DNA of 64,000 bases, from the NCBI RefSeq assembly GCF_009914755.1, contig NC_060928.1; one strand, given 5' to 3'. This document shows positions 1-13,369 of the stretch, one piece after another. The translations under genes and the position numbers were made by a program. Below the pieces are notes generated by a model. It did no database searches, had not been told where the DNA came from, and was given only the letters and a program-made list of their open reading frames with translations. Each line of letters opens with the position of its first letter. Positions within the stretch are counted from its first letter, which is position 1. The DNA comes from the human T2T-CHM13v2.0 reference genome, Homo sapiens.

Positions 1-123
1 AAGTAAGAACATGCAGTATGTGGTTATCTGCTCCTGTGTTCGTTTGCTGAGAATGATGGCTTCCAGCTTCATCCATTTCCCTGCAAATGACATGAACTCA
101 TTCTTTTTTATGGCTGTATAGTG
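1..123 (-). mobile_element. LINE-1 (L1PA/L1PB) ORF2-end/3' fragment, cut by window edge
   Basis: Matches antisense L1 'gtttgctgagaatgatggcttccagcttcatccat...catgaactcattctttttatggctg', homologous to 19170-19290 in this window. Confidence 0.9.
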
Positions 124-1809
124 TGAATTGCCTTTTATAAAGAACATTTTGATTTTGTTTGTTCTTGGTAAAATAGGTGTTTTTTTATTGTTTCTTTGAC
201 ATTTTGTCTATTCTGAATGGAAACTCAAATTGCTTTTTAAATCTTTTATTTCATGAACTAGTCATTTTGTTTAGGTTTAGCATATAGTTCCTTGCCTTTT
301 GTGGGTTGTTCTAATTACAGTTAAAGGTTTGGAACTTTTGTAGAATGATTTTGACATACTTGGCTTATCTGGTACTCCTGGGGCTCCCATTGTTCCTCCT
401 ACTGTTCCTAAAGGGGCATTCTTGTGAGTCAATATCCTAATTAACATTTTTGCAGAAAAGCATTTATACATGATATGTAGAGAAGAGGTAAATGACATAA
501 TCTGAGGGTGGAGTAGGGAAACAAAATGTGGTTTAAAAATGTGTTTAAGTCTGCATTTATATAATTAGAAAGCATCATAATATAAAATAATATTTCCAGA
601 AAACAAAATATGTTACTAATTATTTTAAGTATGAGTGAATGGTGATGCTTAAGGAAAACTAATTTTGTTAAGTAACAAAATTGCCTACAGACAGAAATTT
701 AGTTGCCAGAAATGTATAATCTATAAACCTGTTACACAAATTTCTAGGATTTTAAAAGCTTGTAGCTAGTGTATTAAATTACTGCTACCCAATTACATGA
801 CTTTTTATTGCTTCATCAAAAGGAAAACTGATTCTAAATAGTATAAATGACTAAATAAATAAAGATAAAATTGTAATGAAATCTAAACACAAAACACCAC
901 CACAACAAGGTTCTTTAGAATTGAAAACAGGAAAATTCCTTAATCCATCTCTTTGCCCCTCCTGAATTGATATAAATGGCTCATATAAGAAATGGAGAAA
1001 AAATTGAAAATATTAATTAGTATTTGTTTCCAGGTGAATTGTGCACGTAAAAACAGCTAATAGCAGCAACAAAAAAAGAGAAGGGTCATCTTCACAATTA
1101 AAAATATAGAACCCAATACTTTTCAAATTATATGTAATGACGACTTTAATCTAGCAAGACCATTTCTTAATAGCACATATACACTTAAAAGAATGTAATT
1201 AATATTGTATAAATTCTTATGATGAATTTAATTATAGTCTTTAGGATATTGAAACATGAAATAAAGAAAAAGTAGAAATGCTTTGTCTAAAATTATGTTA
1301 GGAGAAAAAATAGTGTTGTTTAGGAATTACCTGACTTAAAGGGGCCTATAGAACTCCCTCAGGCTAAGTTACATTAAACTAATGCTCTATTATCGATTAT
1401 CGTCTTCTTAAGCAAGATACAAAGTACAAATTATAGGTAAAGCCAAGTATTTACAGGTTTAAATTGACATTTGTAAATTAAAATTACAAATTTAAATTTA
1501 ATCTACAGATTCTTCAGATTAAATTACAGGACTGGAAGATAAGAGATAGCTTTATTCATATATCTGATATATGACCTTGGATGTTTGTAATAATACGGGG
1601 TCTCTTTCTCTCTATCTAAGTTCTCAACCTTCAGAATTGTTTTTCTCTCTACATAGCCATTCTCTACCACAAAGTAGTTGGAGTTCTTTACCTGGCTATT
1701 ATTTTCCATAATAACATTGAAAACTACAAAATCTTTTAAGGTATGGGTTCAGAAGTCCCTGATAATTACTTTTATTTCATTGTATTGTTCAGAGAAGTCA
1801 CTTGTTCTG

Positions 1810-2414
1810 AGAAGATAAATGGGAAAGAAAATAGACTTCCAAAAAAATTATGGAAACATACACATGTGGGTGGGTTAAGGAACAGAAAGTTTAATTGGCA
1901 GAAGAAACGAGAAAGGAGAGCAGCTCCTTGCCAGAGAGAGACTTCCGAATAAAAGGGGCAAGGTGGTGGACGTCAGCAGATTTTATAGGCAGGCTTGAGG
2001 AGGTGGTGTCTGATTTATGTAGGGCTTACAGATTGGTTTGACCAGGTGTGATGTTTACATAGAACACAGAGAAGGCTGGTCCCTCTACCCTAATCTTATC
2101 ATGCAAATGGGTTTCCACTTGGCCAGTGCCATCTTGTCTTGCTGCTTACTGTACACCTGGTTGGCAAAAAGAGAAGATGGAGCCGCCATTTTGAACATGC
2201 CTAGTCCCACGTAGTATATTCCTATGGGTGCAACTGCTGCCCTTCACCAGTGCAGGATTTCCGCTTGTTTATGTGGGCAGTTCGCTTTTACAGGTTACTC
2301 TTTGTTAGAAAAGAAAATGATTTGGGGGCTGCTTTTCGTTAAAAGGAAAACCTTAGCGAGGACTTCCAAACCCTCACCATCTGCGTAAGTAATTTCTTCT
2401 TGAATCCTGTATCA
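1810..2414 (-). mobile_element. ERV1 solo LTR (LTR9/MER61-like)
   Basis: Minus strand starts TGATACAGGATTCAAGAAGAAATTACTTACGCAGATGGTGAGGG, resembling recalled LTR9/MER61-group termini; GC-richer than flanks; left boundary approximate. Confidence 0.7.
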
Positions 2415-2464
2415 CTTGAATATATGTGAGGATTACTTTTACTTTTTCGTTATTAAAGAAGGGA

Positions 2465-3460
2465 CAAGTTAATGCTGAGATAACTGATTGCATATCTGAA
2501 AATAAATTTGGAGCACTGCCTCACGTTACAAAAAAGTTTATTTCTTATAAAGTAATGATTACTTTCAAGCAATTTTAAACTAATGACAGAGTATAATTTA
2601 AGATACTATTGTTCCATTTTCGTCTTCTAACAGAGAATATTTCTTAAGCAAGATGCAAAGTACAAAAGCAATATATAGAGATAAAATCATAAATAATATA
2701 GCTGTTTAAACACGTATAAAACAAGCTGTGCATGGTGCCTTGAGCCTGTAGTCCCAGCTATTCTAGAGGTTGAGGCAGGAGGATAATTTTTTTTCTAGGA
2801 ATTTGAGTCCAGACTGGGCAACACAGTGAGACCCTGTCTCAATAAAAGTATAAAACTCTGATTTGCAAATGAACAATGTATTTAAAAAATGACAGGTTGG
2901 GATGAAATTTTTGTGAAATACGTAAAAGAATGGGACTAAATATTTAATGAAAAATAAAGACAGTGACCCTATCAATCAGTATGAACATAGCATATAAGCC
3001 CTTAGAAATCAAGAGGGGCATGAGGAAAGCTATGAACAGGTGCACTTAAAAACAGTCCACAATCTCACTAGTGATGAGGTAATTCAATTATTAACAATAA
3101 AATGATACTATAATTAATACTATAATATTTGTATTCCTATTGAACAAGAGAAAATTTTAAATGGTAAGAATACTCTTTTTTAAAATATAACGTGTAGAAA
3201 ATAGAATTGTTATGCATTGTTGTCACTGTAAGCTGATAGAAAGTTTTTTAGACTAATTTAATAATACTTATCAAAAATGATACTGGTAATAAAATAACAT
3301 TGATCCAGAATGTCCACTTCTTGATAGCTGTTCTTTAAAATATTCCTAAGCACATATACATGTACAATTTGTGATATTGATATTTTGGTGAAAATTATGT
3401 AGAAATGGTTAAATAACATATGCTATATCCTGAGAAATAATATGTCATTACAATAATAGA
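2465..3460 (+). mobile_element. Ancient L1M ORF2/3' fragments interrupted by an Alu monomer
   Basis: Degenerate L1 motifs ('aatgctgagataactg', 'ttcttaagcaagatgcaaa', 'tgatccagaatgtccacttct') in L1 order. Confidence 0.55.
2723..2847 (+). mobile_element. Free Alu monomer (FLAM-like)
   Basis: 'catggtgccttgagcctgtagtcccagcta...ctgggcaacacagtgagaccctgtctc' followed by short A tail; single arm. Confidence 0.85.
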
Positions 3461-3504
3461 ATATTAAAATTTCAAAATAGTATGCATGGGATTAATCTAT
3501 TTAA

Positions 3505-3640
3505 ATACAATTATATGTATGCATATTTGTATATATAAATTTACGCACATGTATATATGTACATATGTATATGTGTGTATGCATATATGTGAAATGCAAG
3601 TGATTGCAACTGAATTTGTTATATGTTTTATATATATTTT
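3505..3640. repeat. (TATG/TA)n low-complexity tract
   Basis: Degenerate alternating purine-pyrimidine repeat. Confidence 0.7.
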
Positions 3641-3719
3641 CTTATTTCAATATTTTAATTACTAGCTATTTTGTGATTTAGGTAACTACAAAGGAAAAGC
3701 AAAATGGTATTAAGTTCTA

Positions 3720-3850
3720 TTTGTGTCTCTGACCATAGCAAATCTCTTAAATATGAATGTGTCAGTTTTCTAGTCTGTAAAATAAGAATAATCAGTCTTA
3801 AATGGTTTTAGTGATAATTACATTAATTAACATATATGTAAATAACTATA
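3720..3850 (+). mobile_element. MIR fragment
   Basis: Core-like 'gtcagttttctagtctgtaaaataagaataat'. Confidence 0.6.
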
Positions 3851-5639
3851 TATGTTAGTCGACTTGGTTCTCTTAAGCATTGCTGACTTTGTTTAGATAG
3901 ACATTTGTTTCTTGGTTCATAAAGGCGGTTTACTTTGTGTCCCATGGAAAGCACCAAGAGCTGCTCTGTTGGCATTCAGATTCCTTATGGGCGAATTACT
4001 AGTGCTATATGCCTAAGAGGCATATTGTCCAGGAAAAAGAATGTCTATTACTTTAACCTTTGTATAGTTCTTGCTTTTGTTAACTACAAAAAATACTCAA
4101 TTTAAAAATGTACAGCAGAGAAGATAAATGAATCTAACAAAATTATTTCTCAAAAGCTATCTCAAATTGCTTGATTTGTTATTTTTATGAGTCAGGTGTT
4201 ATTATTTAATTAAAATCAAGATGCCGTCTAATTGCAATGTGACCTCAGGTCAGATTCTGGAGTTCTATTGAAAACTCACAGTGTTTATCTCTGTGTGAAT
4301 ATGTGTGTGTCCTGTGGATAAATCACTTAGGCAAATGAACAAATGCTCTGGTGCACTAATGACATCTACCTTTAAAATTCTCGAGGTCAGAACATGTACG
4401 GGCTCCTTTTGTGAAGCAGTCAAAGTAAATCATCAAAATTTAAAATGTAATAAAAAATAATCAAACAAAAGAGTAACTTGTAAATAGAAAAGAAAAATTA
4501 TTTTAAAGTTTTTTTTGAAACAAAGAATAACAGAATCAAGTTTTTCCCAGTGAATTGAAGCATAAAAATTATTTTTAAAAGTGTCACAGAGCTACAGTTT
4601 TTTGGAGCAGCAAAAGAAATGAGAATAAGCAGATTAGGGAGGTGCAATAATTTTGTATGAATTAAGCTAATCATTCTTAGTTTTGCTCCTTGTCAGGATT
4701 ATTAAGACTACTGGCTCTGGCTTTTTGTGCCGTGGGCCTTGTGGAATCTTCACATACTGTTGGGTCTCTTTGCTATCATATTTCCCATAAGCGGAAAATA
4801 AGGGGATGTAGTCTTACCTGCGTTTATCTAAGTATTTGCACAGGCATCTCATTAGGAACACATTGTACAAGGTTAAAAACAGAGAAAATAGAAGGAAAAT
4901 AGAAGGAAAATAAAAATGACCAAAAAAGTTGAGTTTGTGATTTAATATAGCTGTAGCACTTCGGCGTTATTGACCTTACCCAAGGGTCAATACAGTCAGA
5001 AACATATCATATTGGAGAATAAATACAGGGGATAATGATTATTTAGGTTGATAAATTTGAATTTTAAAAATGTATATATATGGAGACTAAGAAAATGAGA
5101 CTATGTTTGTTAAAAAGTAGGGGTAAAGGGGAAAGAGCCAGACCCAAATAAAGTGGGAAAACTCATGCCACGTGCATCTCATTCTCTGTGACAAGTTTTA
5201 ATGATGGTGTCTTTGTTTTCTCATGTTCTCCAAATAGAAAACCCATTATACTCAGAAAATTTATATAGCCTACTTGGGATTTATGCTAAGGTTGACATGA
5301 AGCAGTTAAGGAGAACCACTGCTTATATATTGTCACAATAGAGAAAGGAATGCTATGCTGAATGAAGTTGGAAGGATCTGACTTGTTTAATACTAAATGA
5401 TAAGTACAGTTAGCAGCTTCTGAGGGAAGTAGGGGCTAAGAGATAAAACTATCAATAATTGATTTTACATGCTAATTATAACTTAAAAATTTTAGAAAAT
5501 GCTAACCTCTACAGATAATTAGATTTTATCTATTTAAAAAATGTTTAAATAGATTTTAGCTATTTTAAAATACATTTTCCATTCAGTATGAACTCATCGT
5601 TAATTGAAGCAACATTAATATAAAGTAAAATTGAGATTT

Positions 5640-5830
5640 AGCAATAATAATAATTTCTAGAAAATTGTTACTATGTAAAAGGCATGATAATAAGTTTTTA
5701 GCATATATTAATTCACTCTGTTCTCACCCCATATATATTTTAAAACAAGGAAACCAGGGGTAAGAGCAAGGCAAAGTAACTGGCCCAAGTCAGACAGACA
5801 GACCTGGTGATGAGAATTAAACAGCTAGAA
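5640..5830 (-). mobile_element. MIR fragment
   Basis: Antisense core 'aaggaaaccagggg...aagtaactggcccaagtcagacag'. Confidence 0.6.
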
Positions 5831-5999
5831 TATTTCAACATTGTATGTTGTTGCCTCTGAATTAACTATTTGATTAATCTGATTGTTCAAGATAACACAT
5901 CTATTTCTTTGGCCATTTTTATCATCTGAAAATATCTGGTTTTCCATTGTAACTTGTAATGTTAAAGATACATTTGGATCTATTTTAATAATTTTATTA

Positions 6000-6520
6000 C
6001 TACAATACCAGTAATAAATTGTTCTCTAATTCCACTCATCCTATTTCTATTTTACCAACTTTGTGGAATGTGGTCATTATTACAGGCCTATTTCTAGCTT
6101 TTCCACCTTCTTTATTCAGTCAGCACTCACTGGTGCATTATTGCAAATTACATTTTCCTAGTCCTGGAGTTACAGACATGAGTAGTTAAAAAATATTCCC
6201 AGCTGATTTTGATATTTTCCTCTTCTTTACCTTTTGAGAAGCACCAAATTAACTCAAAAATCTACCTCCTCTGCTTCAGACCTGCACCCATGTTATTGTG
6301 CACCACAAGAGAAAACCAGATGATCTTAAAGATTAGTACCACAGCAAATTTATGGTATTCAAACTCAGAGGTAACCACAATGACTTGGCAATCCTATTAC
6401 ATTTTTCTTATCTGGCCTATTTCCCATTCCCTTCAGCAATTACTCCAGCCCTTCTTCATTTTCTTTAAATCCCCAGCCCCAATAGAGTCTATCTTACCCT
6501 ATCAATTATCCCCTCCCTAG
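6000..6520 (+). mobile_element. L2 fragment (old), containing a 73 bp insert
   Basis: Degenerate pyrimidine-rich L2 3' ORF motifs ('aaatctacctcctctgcttcagacc', 'ttcaaactc', 'tctggcct'). Confidence 0.4.
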
Positions 6521-6770
6521 GCTGTATTTTTAGGCTTCTCTAAGCACACATATACCACACACCTATACCACATTTATACAAATGTTCATATGTCAAAAGT
6601 TGAATACCCACACATACACACAAACATGCATATATGCATAAATGCACAAGAACAAAAGTATACGTGTATATTAATATGTGTGTGCATTCAATTTTTGACA
6701 CAATTGATTTCAGTTACCTTCTTAAAACTCACTTTTCCTTTTATTTCCAAATCACTGACTTTATATTCTC

Positions 6771-7077
6771 TTTCTTTTTTTTTTTTTTTGACAGTTTTTG
6801 CTCTTGTTGCCCAGGCTGCAGTGTAATGGCACGCGATATCAGCTCACTGCAACCTCCACCACCTGGGTTCAAGCGATTCCCCAGTCTCAGCCTCTCTATT
6901 AGCTGGGATTACAGGTGCCTGCAATCACGCCCAGCTAATTTTTGTATTTTTTTTTTAATAGAGACAGGGTTTCACCATGTTGGTCAGGCAAGTTTCGCAC
7001 TCCTGACCTCAGGTGATCCACCCCCATCGGCCTCCCAAAGTGCTGGGATTACAGGTGTGAGCCCCCCGCGCCCGGCC
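6771..7077 (-). mobile_element. AluS (Sp/Sq-like)
   Basis: Full dimer, poly(T) at left, 'ctcttgttgcccagg' diagnostic; imperfect TSD 'attctctttcttt'. Confidence 0.95.
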
Positions 7078-7499
7078 CCTATAATTCTCTTTCTTTTACA
7101 GCCACTTCTCAGTATTTTTTTTTTGAAGTCCTTTCCTTAAAATATGAAGGTCATTAGGACTGTTATTTAAATTCTGTGTCTTCCTCAGGAATCTGTATTA
7201 AACCTTCAAGTCTTTTTACTCTATATCAAAAAGGCTGAAACTATGGTCCTGAAGTGGGCTTTAAGGGCACAGTACAACTCCCGAGACTATGTATTTAATG
7301 ATATGTATTATATTTAGTTATATATATAATTATAATAATTACAAACATTTTTCTTGAAGATATATACACACCTATTTCTAAGGATGACATCTGGAGTTTT
7401 AAAATTAGAATGTGACATACTAAAAATGAAGAACCATTGTTCTAAAACTCTTGTGCATTTAAATCTTGATCTGTAGTTCTAATCACTACCTATATGTAG

Positions 7500-7803
<304 letters not shown>

Positions 7804-7809
7804 GTCTGT

Positions 7810-8640
<831 letters not shown>

Positions 8641-10160
8641 TGTGAAAAAATATTATAATCCTATTTATATAAATAATAAGATTGATCATTAATAATACTC
8701 AATATCTAGATTGACAGCAGCATTCCTTGTCCATGTAGCTGACAATCAAGTGTCACATTTGTTGGATAAGATATACTAAGGCAAAAAAAAAAAAAAAAGC
8801 CCCAGAAAAAAGGGAAATTGTGTTGTCAGTAACCAATTATTTAATTACCAGTGGACCGCCACCCATGTTATTGTGCATCACAAGAGAAAACCAGATAATC
8901 AAAGATTAGAACCACAGGAAATTTATGGTACTTTCAGTTCATTACACTGCGCTATAGATAACATAAACTAGGTAGATGTATTTGCTGATCATATTATTTA
9001 GTTTTGACTAAAATAACCATCAGTAAATAGACAAGAGATTGATTCACTTTTCCTCAAAGAAACCAGAATTGGGAAGATAATACAAAAAAAGAACCACCAA
9101 ACAGTTTCACAATCATGTTTCTATTTGCGTACTTCATCTCTTCTTAATCCAAAAAATAGGTAAAAACAATAACAGTCTAAAACAATCAGCAAGACTTTGG
9201 TCAGAAAAACTGGAAAATCTTAAGAAGGATACACGAAATATGTATGTATATCCTTTGTTGTGAATAATGGACTTTACCTAAGTATATATTGTGCCTTGAA
9301 ATAGAAGCTAATGATAACACAAAGCCATCAAAAGTAGCAAGACTTTCAAAAAATTATTAATAAAAATATTTATGGAGTAAAATAGTCATCTAAAATACTA
9401 TTTAATTTATCTTTATCTCACTATATTTTTCTATTATGTATTTTTATAATATGTATATACTACAAAAGTAAAACAAGACATATTTCCTTTGCAAATAATA
9501 ATATGTTTATATTAATGATTTTTGCATGAAAATATTTACATACTGAGGTGAATGAGCAAAACATTTTGAGGCCAATTGCTTATAGTATAATACAATTATA
9601 CTTACTATAATTACTTATACTACAAGTACCTTTAATAAAGGGTACGAGGTCCCTCATAAGATGGCCCATTTTCAAATTCAGCTACAATTTGTATTACGTG
9701 CCCTTTGAATCTATCATTTCTAACTTCTTAAACTTCTCAGGATATATTACACACATCACATTATGTCTTTCTGAAGTCCAGTCCAGCTCATTGATCTCTT
9801 ACAATGCATTGCCTGGTTAACTTGGACTTGACAATTACAACTAAGTTTGGTCATCTGTTCTTCTCAGGATAAGCTTCATTAGTACTGTTAACATGTCCAT
9901 TTTGGTTTTTGCTTCTGCCATGAACATTTACTCTTTTGCTATCCAGCTCACTGCACCTCCTTGGGCAAATAATTTTCTCGGTTTATTTGGAGAACTCTAA
10001 TACCCCTTTTCATCCATTTTCATTGGGATGAAACATCCCATTTTCATTGGGATGAAAACGGAAATCTATTTTAAGTAACACCAACTTCATATGTTATAGA
10101 GATTTACTGAGAGTTGAGCTTCTGAACCAGGTTGGACTGATCATAGAACCTTAACCTCTT

Positions 10161-10355
10161 CATGTACAGCATGGGGACTATAGCTAATAATATTGTATTG
10201 TGTACTGGATGTTTGCTCAATTAGTAGAATTTAGGTATTTTCACCAAAAGTTTAGAAAGGTAACTATGTGAAATGAGGGATATGTCTATTTGTTTACTAT
10301 AGTAATTTCACTATATCAAAACACTACATTGTACTCATAAAATATATAAATTTTT
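10161..10355 (+). mobile_element. L1MA-type 3' UTR fragment
   Basis: 'tgtacagcatggggactatagctaataatattgtattg...ggtaactatgtga...acattgtac' typical of L1MA 3' ends. Confidence 0.8.
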
Positions 10356-12039
10356 TAGAAGTACATAAGAAATTTTTGTCTGTAGATTTTTTTTCAAACT
10401 CAGATTCAGCAATTTTTTTTTATCAATACGTGGTAGAAAGGATTCCTGCATTGGTTGAGAAATGGGATTAAAATACTTTGTTCCCTGGCAAAACTAAAAC
10501 TAAATATCAAGTATTTCATATAAGGATAAATTTAAGATTATTTTTCCTTGGGGAAAAAATCTGTGATGCAATTATTCCTTTATCTGGCTATAATAAAGAA
10601 TAGCTAATATGCACAGTTAATACAAATGGAATGAATAAGAGTTTGGGATGTGAATAATAAAGGTTAGAATTGAAACTTATTAAAAAATCTCTTGCCTTCT
10701 TGTTTTTGTTGTTATTTTTCTCCACTTACTTCAACTGTATCTTAAGAGAAGCCACTGACACACTCAGAGATTAGTTGAAGCTATTTTACCGGTAGTGTTA
10801 GTGCCAATTCAATCCAGAATCTGAGATCAATTTAAATGTATTTTCATCATTTAATTTTATTTTTCTCCTGTGAATTTTCAAGCTGTTGCTTAACAGTTTC
10901 TTAAGTTTCACTAGGCTGTTTTAAAGTCTGAGGTAATACAGAAAACTGAAACTTTTAGAAGGGCCATTTGGAATGTTCCTTTTGCTATAAAATGTTTTAA
11001 TACAGTATCATATGACTTTTGAAATTTGTTTTCTGTTAAAAATTCTGATAATCACCAGTCAGAGTGTAGAAAAAATTAGCTTTCCCATCTATTTTGTTCA
11101 GGTACGGAAGTAAGAAGAAGTATGATACATCTAAGATCTCTAAGTGAAGAAATCAACTATAGATTATTAGTTTTAACTCTTTTTTCATGTTACTTTACTA
11201 AAGATTTTCTGGTGTTTAGTATAAACTTTTGATAAAACATTTTTATTATGATTATGATCCATTAAATCAATGACTGGGTATATAAGAATGAAAGGCCCGT
11301 TTATTTGAAGCCATGTTATTCTGCACTGCCTGCTGTGGGTCTGTGCCTGAGAAATAGCTGACTAGCGAAGGAAGAAGGGAGGTAGACAAAGGATGGGGTG
11401 GTGAAATCAAGAAGATTTTATTTCAGAACCAAGACAAGGATTTGTGTGGAAACAAACCGAGGAAACCTGAGAAGCTATTTAGCTTTGATTTTTGAACTCC
11501 CCATAAGACTCGTTTGATAATAAAAGCTATTTAGGGTGGGATAATAAAAGCTATTTGGAGTTCTGACTATTTAAGTATAAAAGTACATATTGTTGTTCTC
11601 TTCTTCTCATCACTCCTACAGACGTTCTGAGGAGGTATGGGTGAAAATGCCCCAGGGCATGTCTTCTAATGATATCTCCTGGGCTGCCACCTCTGTTGAG
11701 GGATCTGGGCATTTCTAAGTGTCTTCAGGGTACACTAAATGTTTCTGCTGCCTTTCACTTTTTCTCACTGGGGCCACTGATGGAAAAATGTATTGATTTC
11801 CAAAGTCTTCAAGTTGTGAAGCTTCACGGTGCTCTCTGCAATGCTACAGAATTTGCACACTTCCACCTGGGTGCACAGGGGTGTTACTTTTGCTTAGGCA
11901 TCCTACAAAATATTTTTTGCTAGTAATTTTTTTCAGCTTTTATTATCAGAAAAGTCTAAAGAAGGCTGAACCCATGGATAAATTGAGAGCAAACAACATA
12001 CTGGACAAGTACTCTTCCTTCTTTGAAAATTAAGTTTGT

Positions 12040-12226
12040 AGTTTTGTTAACCAGACGTTTGGCAATGTCTGAAACATTGGCTGTCATAGCTGGGAAAAGG
12101 GTACAACTACTTTCTAGTGGTAAAGTTCTGAGGTGTTGCTAAACTCTAATAATGCAAAAGGAAGCCCCCGACACTAAAGAATTATCCACCCCACAATGTC
12201 AATAATGCTAAAGTTGAAAAACCCTG
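12040..12226 (+). mobile_element. MER20 (hAT-Charlie MITE)
   Basis: 'tttggcaatgtctgaaacatt...tgctaaac...aaagaattatccaccccacaatgtcaataatgctaaagttgaaaaaccctg'. Confidence 0.85.
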
Positions 12227-13369
12227 TTGTATTGGCTTGTTTGCCTAATAAATGCCCAGTTTCCCTTGATTTTTAAACCCCAGCACTGAATAGAAGTTAG
12301 GTTTAAGATAGTAAATACTTTGAGTCCTTACCCCATCCCCAACATATTTAAGCATATACACTTTTACATATATACACATGAACAAACACAAACATACATA
12401 ATAGAACCACATTTTCTACAGATACAATTAATATGACTTTTGGAAGCAAATAAATGGACAAAATAAATTGATCATCAAGACCTGCACGACAGAAAAACTA
12501 ATTATGAGTAAAGAGATAAAATAATATTCCTGAATATTCATTTATACAGTGGGCCTCAATCACAAACAGGATTTTCTTGGTATTTTTAGTATATATATTG
12601 CTTTCAAATGAAACAGCTTTCTGATTTGGAAGTAAAGACTTTCATGATGCTCTACAAAATTTCAAAAATTAAAGTCTTACGTATATTTAATAATAAATTC
12701 AATCACAGCTGAGTATATTTTCAGCATCATAAAAATGAGATATGACATATATTTTTATACTTTTACATTAAAAATTACTGAAATAGCTAACTTATTTAAA
12801 CATTTACAATGTCTTAGGCTATAGTCAATCTTTGTAACCGCAAGTAAGGATTTCAGCAAAAAATGTTGAAATCTCTTAAGTAAATTAAATAAGCCACATC
12901 ATAATAACAACCCTCAACCTTACTATGTTCAATGAATAAGACATGAAAAGGTTACATTTGATTATTAAAATATAATTAAAGATTTGAAGCAATTCATTAA
13001 ATGCAATTAAGAGAAATTATCCAAGATTAATGCCCAAAATGAATTTAACAATTAAATTTTTTTCTAAGGCATGATTGGTCTATTTTCAAAGATTGATTTT
13101 ATTAATCATAACATGTAATATGTGAAGAATGTACACGATGTGTTTGCTTCAGTAAACGTCCGTTTCTAAAAATGTTAATGCTAAAAAAGACTGAATGGCC
13201 TGTTACATAACATATTTATGATGTATAATTAGTTAGCTCTTAAAATTGTTTTCAACCAGTGATTCTCCAATGCATTCTTCCTATTCACTTGAAATTCTAT
13301 AGGAAAAGGAAGTGAGAATGTGAGTTCTGAAAAATCTACATGTACAATATTTTTCACTCTGGAAAAAAC

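Noticed and set aside
277-498. 73 aa ORF with 'GTMGAPGVPDKP' (collagen- or fibronectin-like look)
   Set aside because: Too short, no sustained Gly-X-Y repeat, no clear exon boundaries, no recognisable domain
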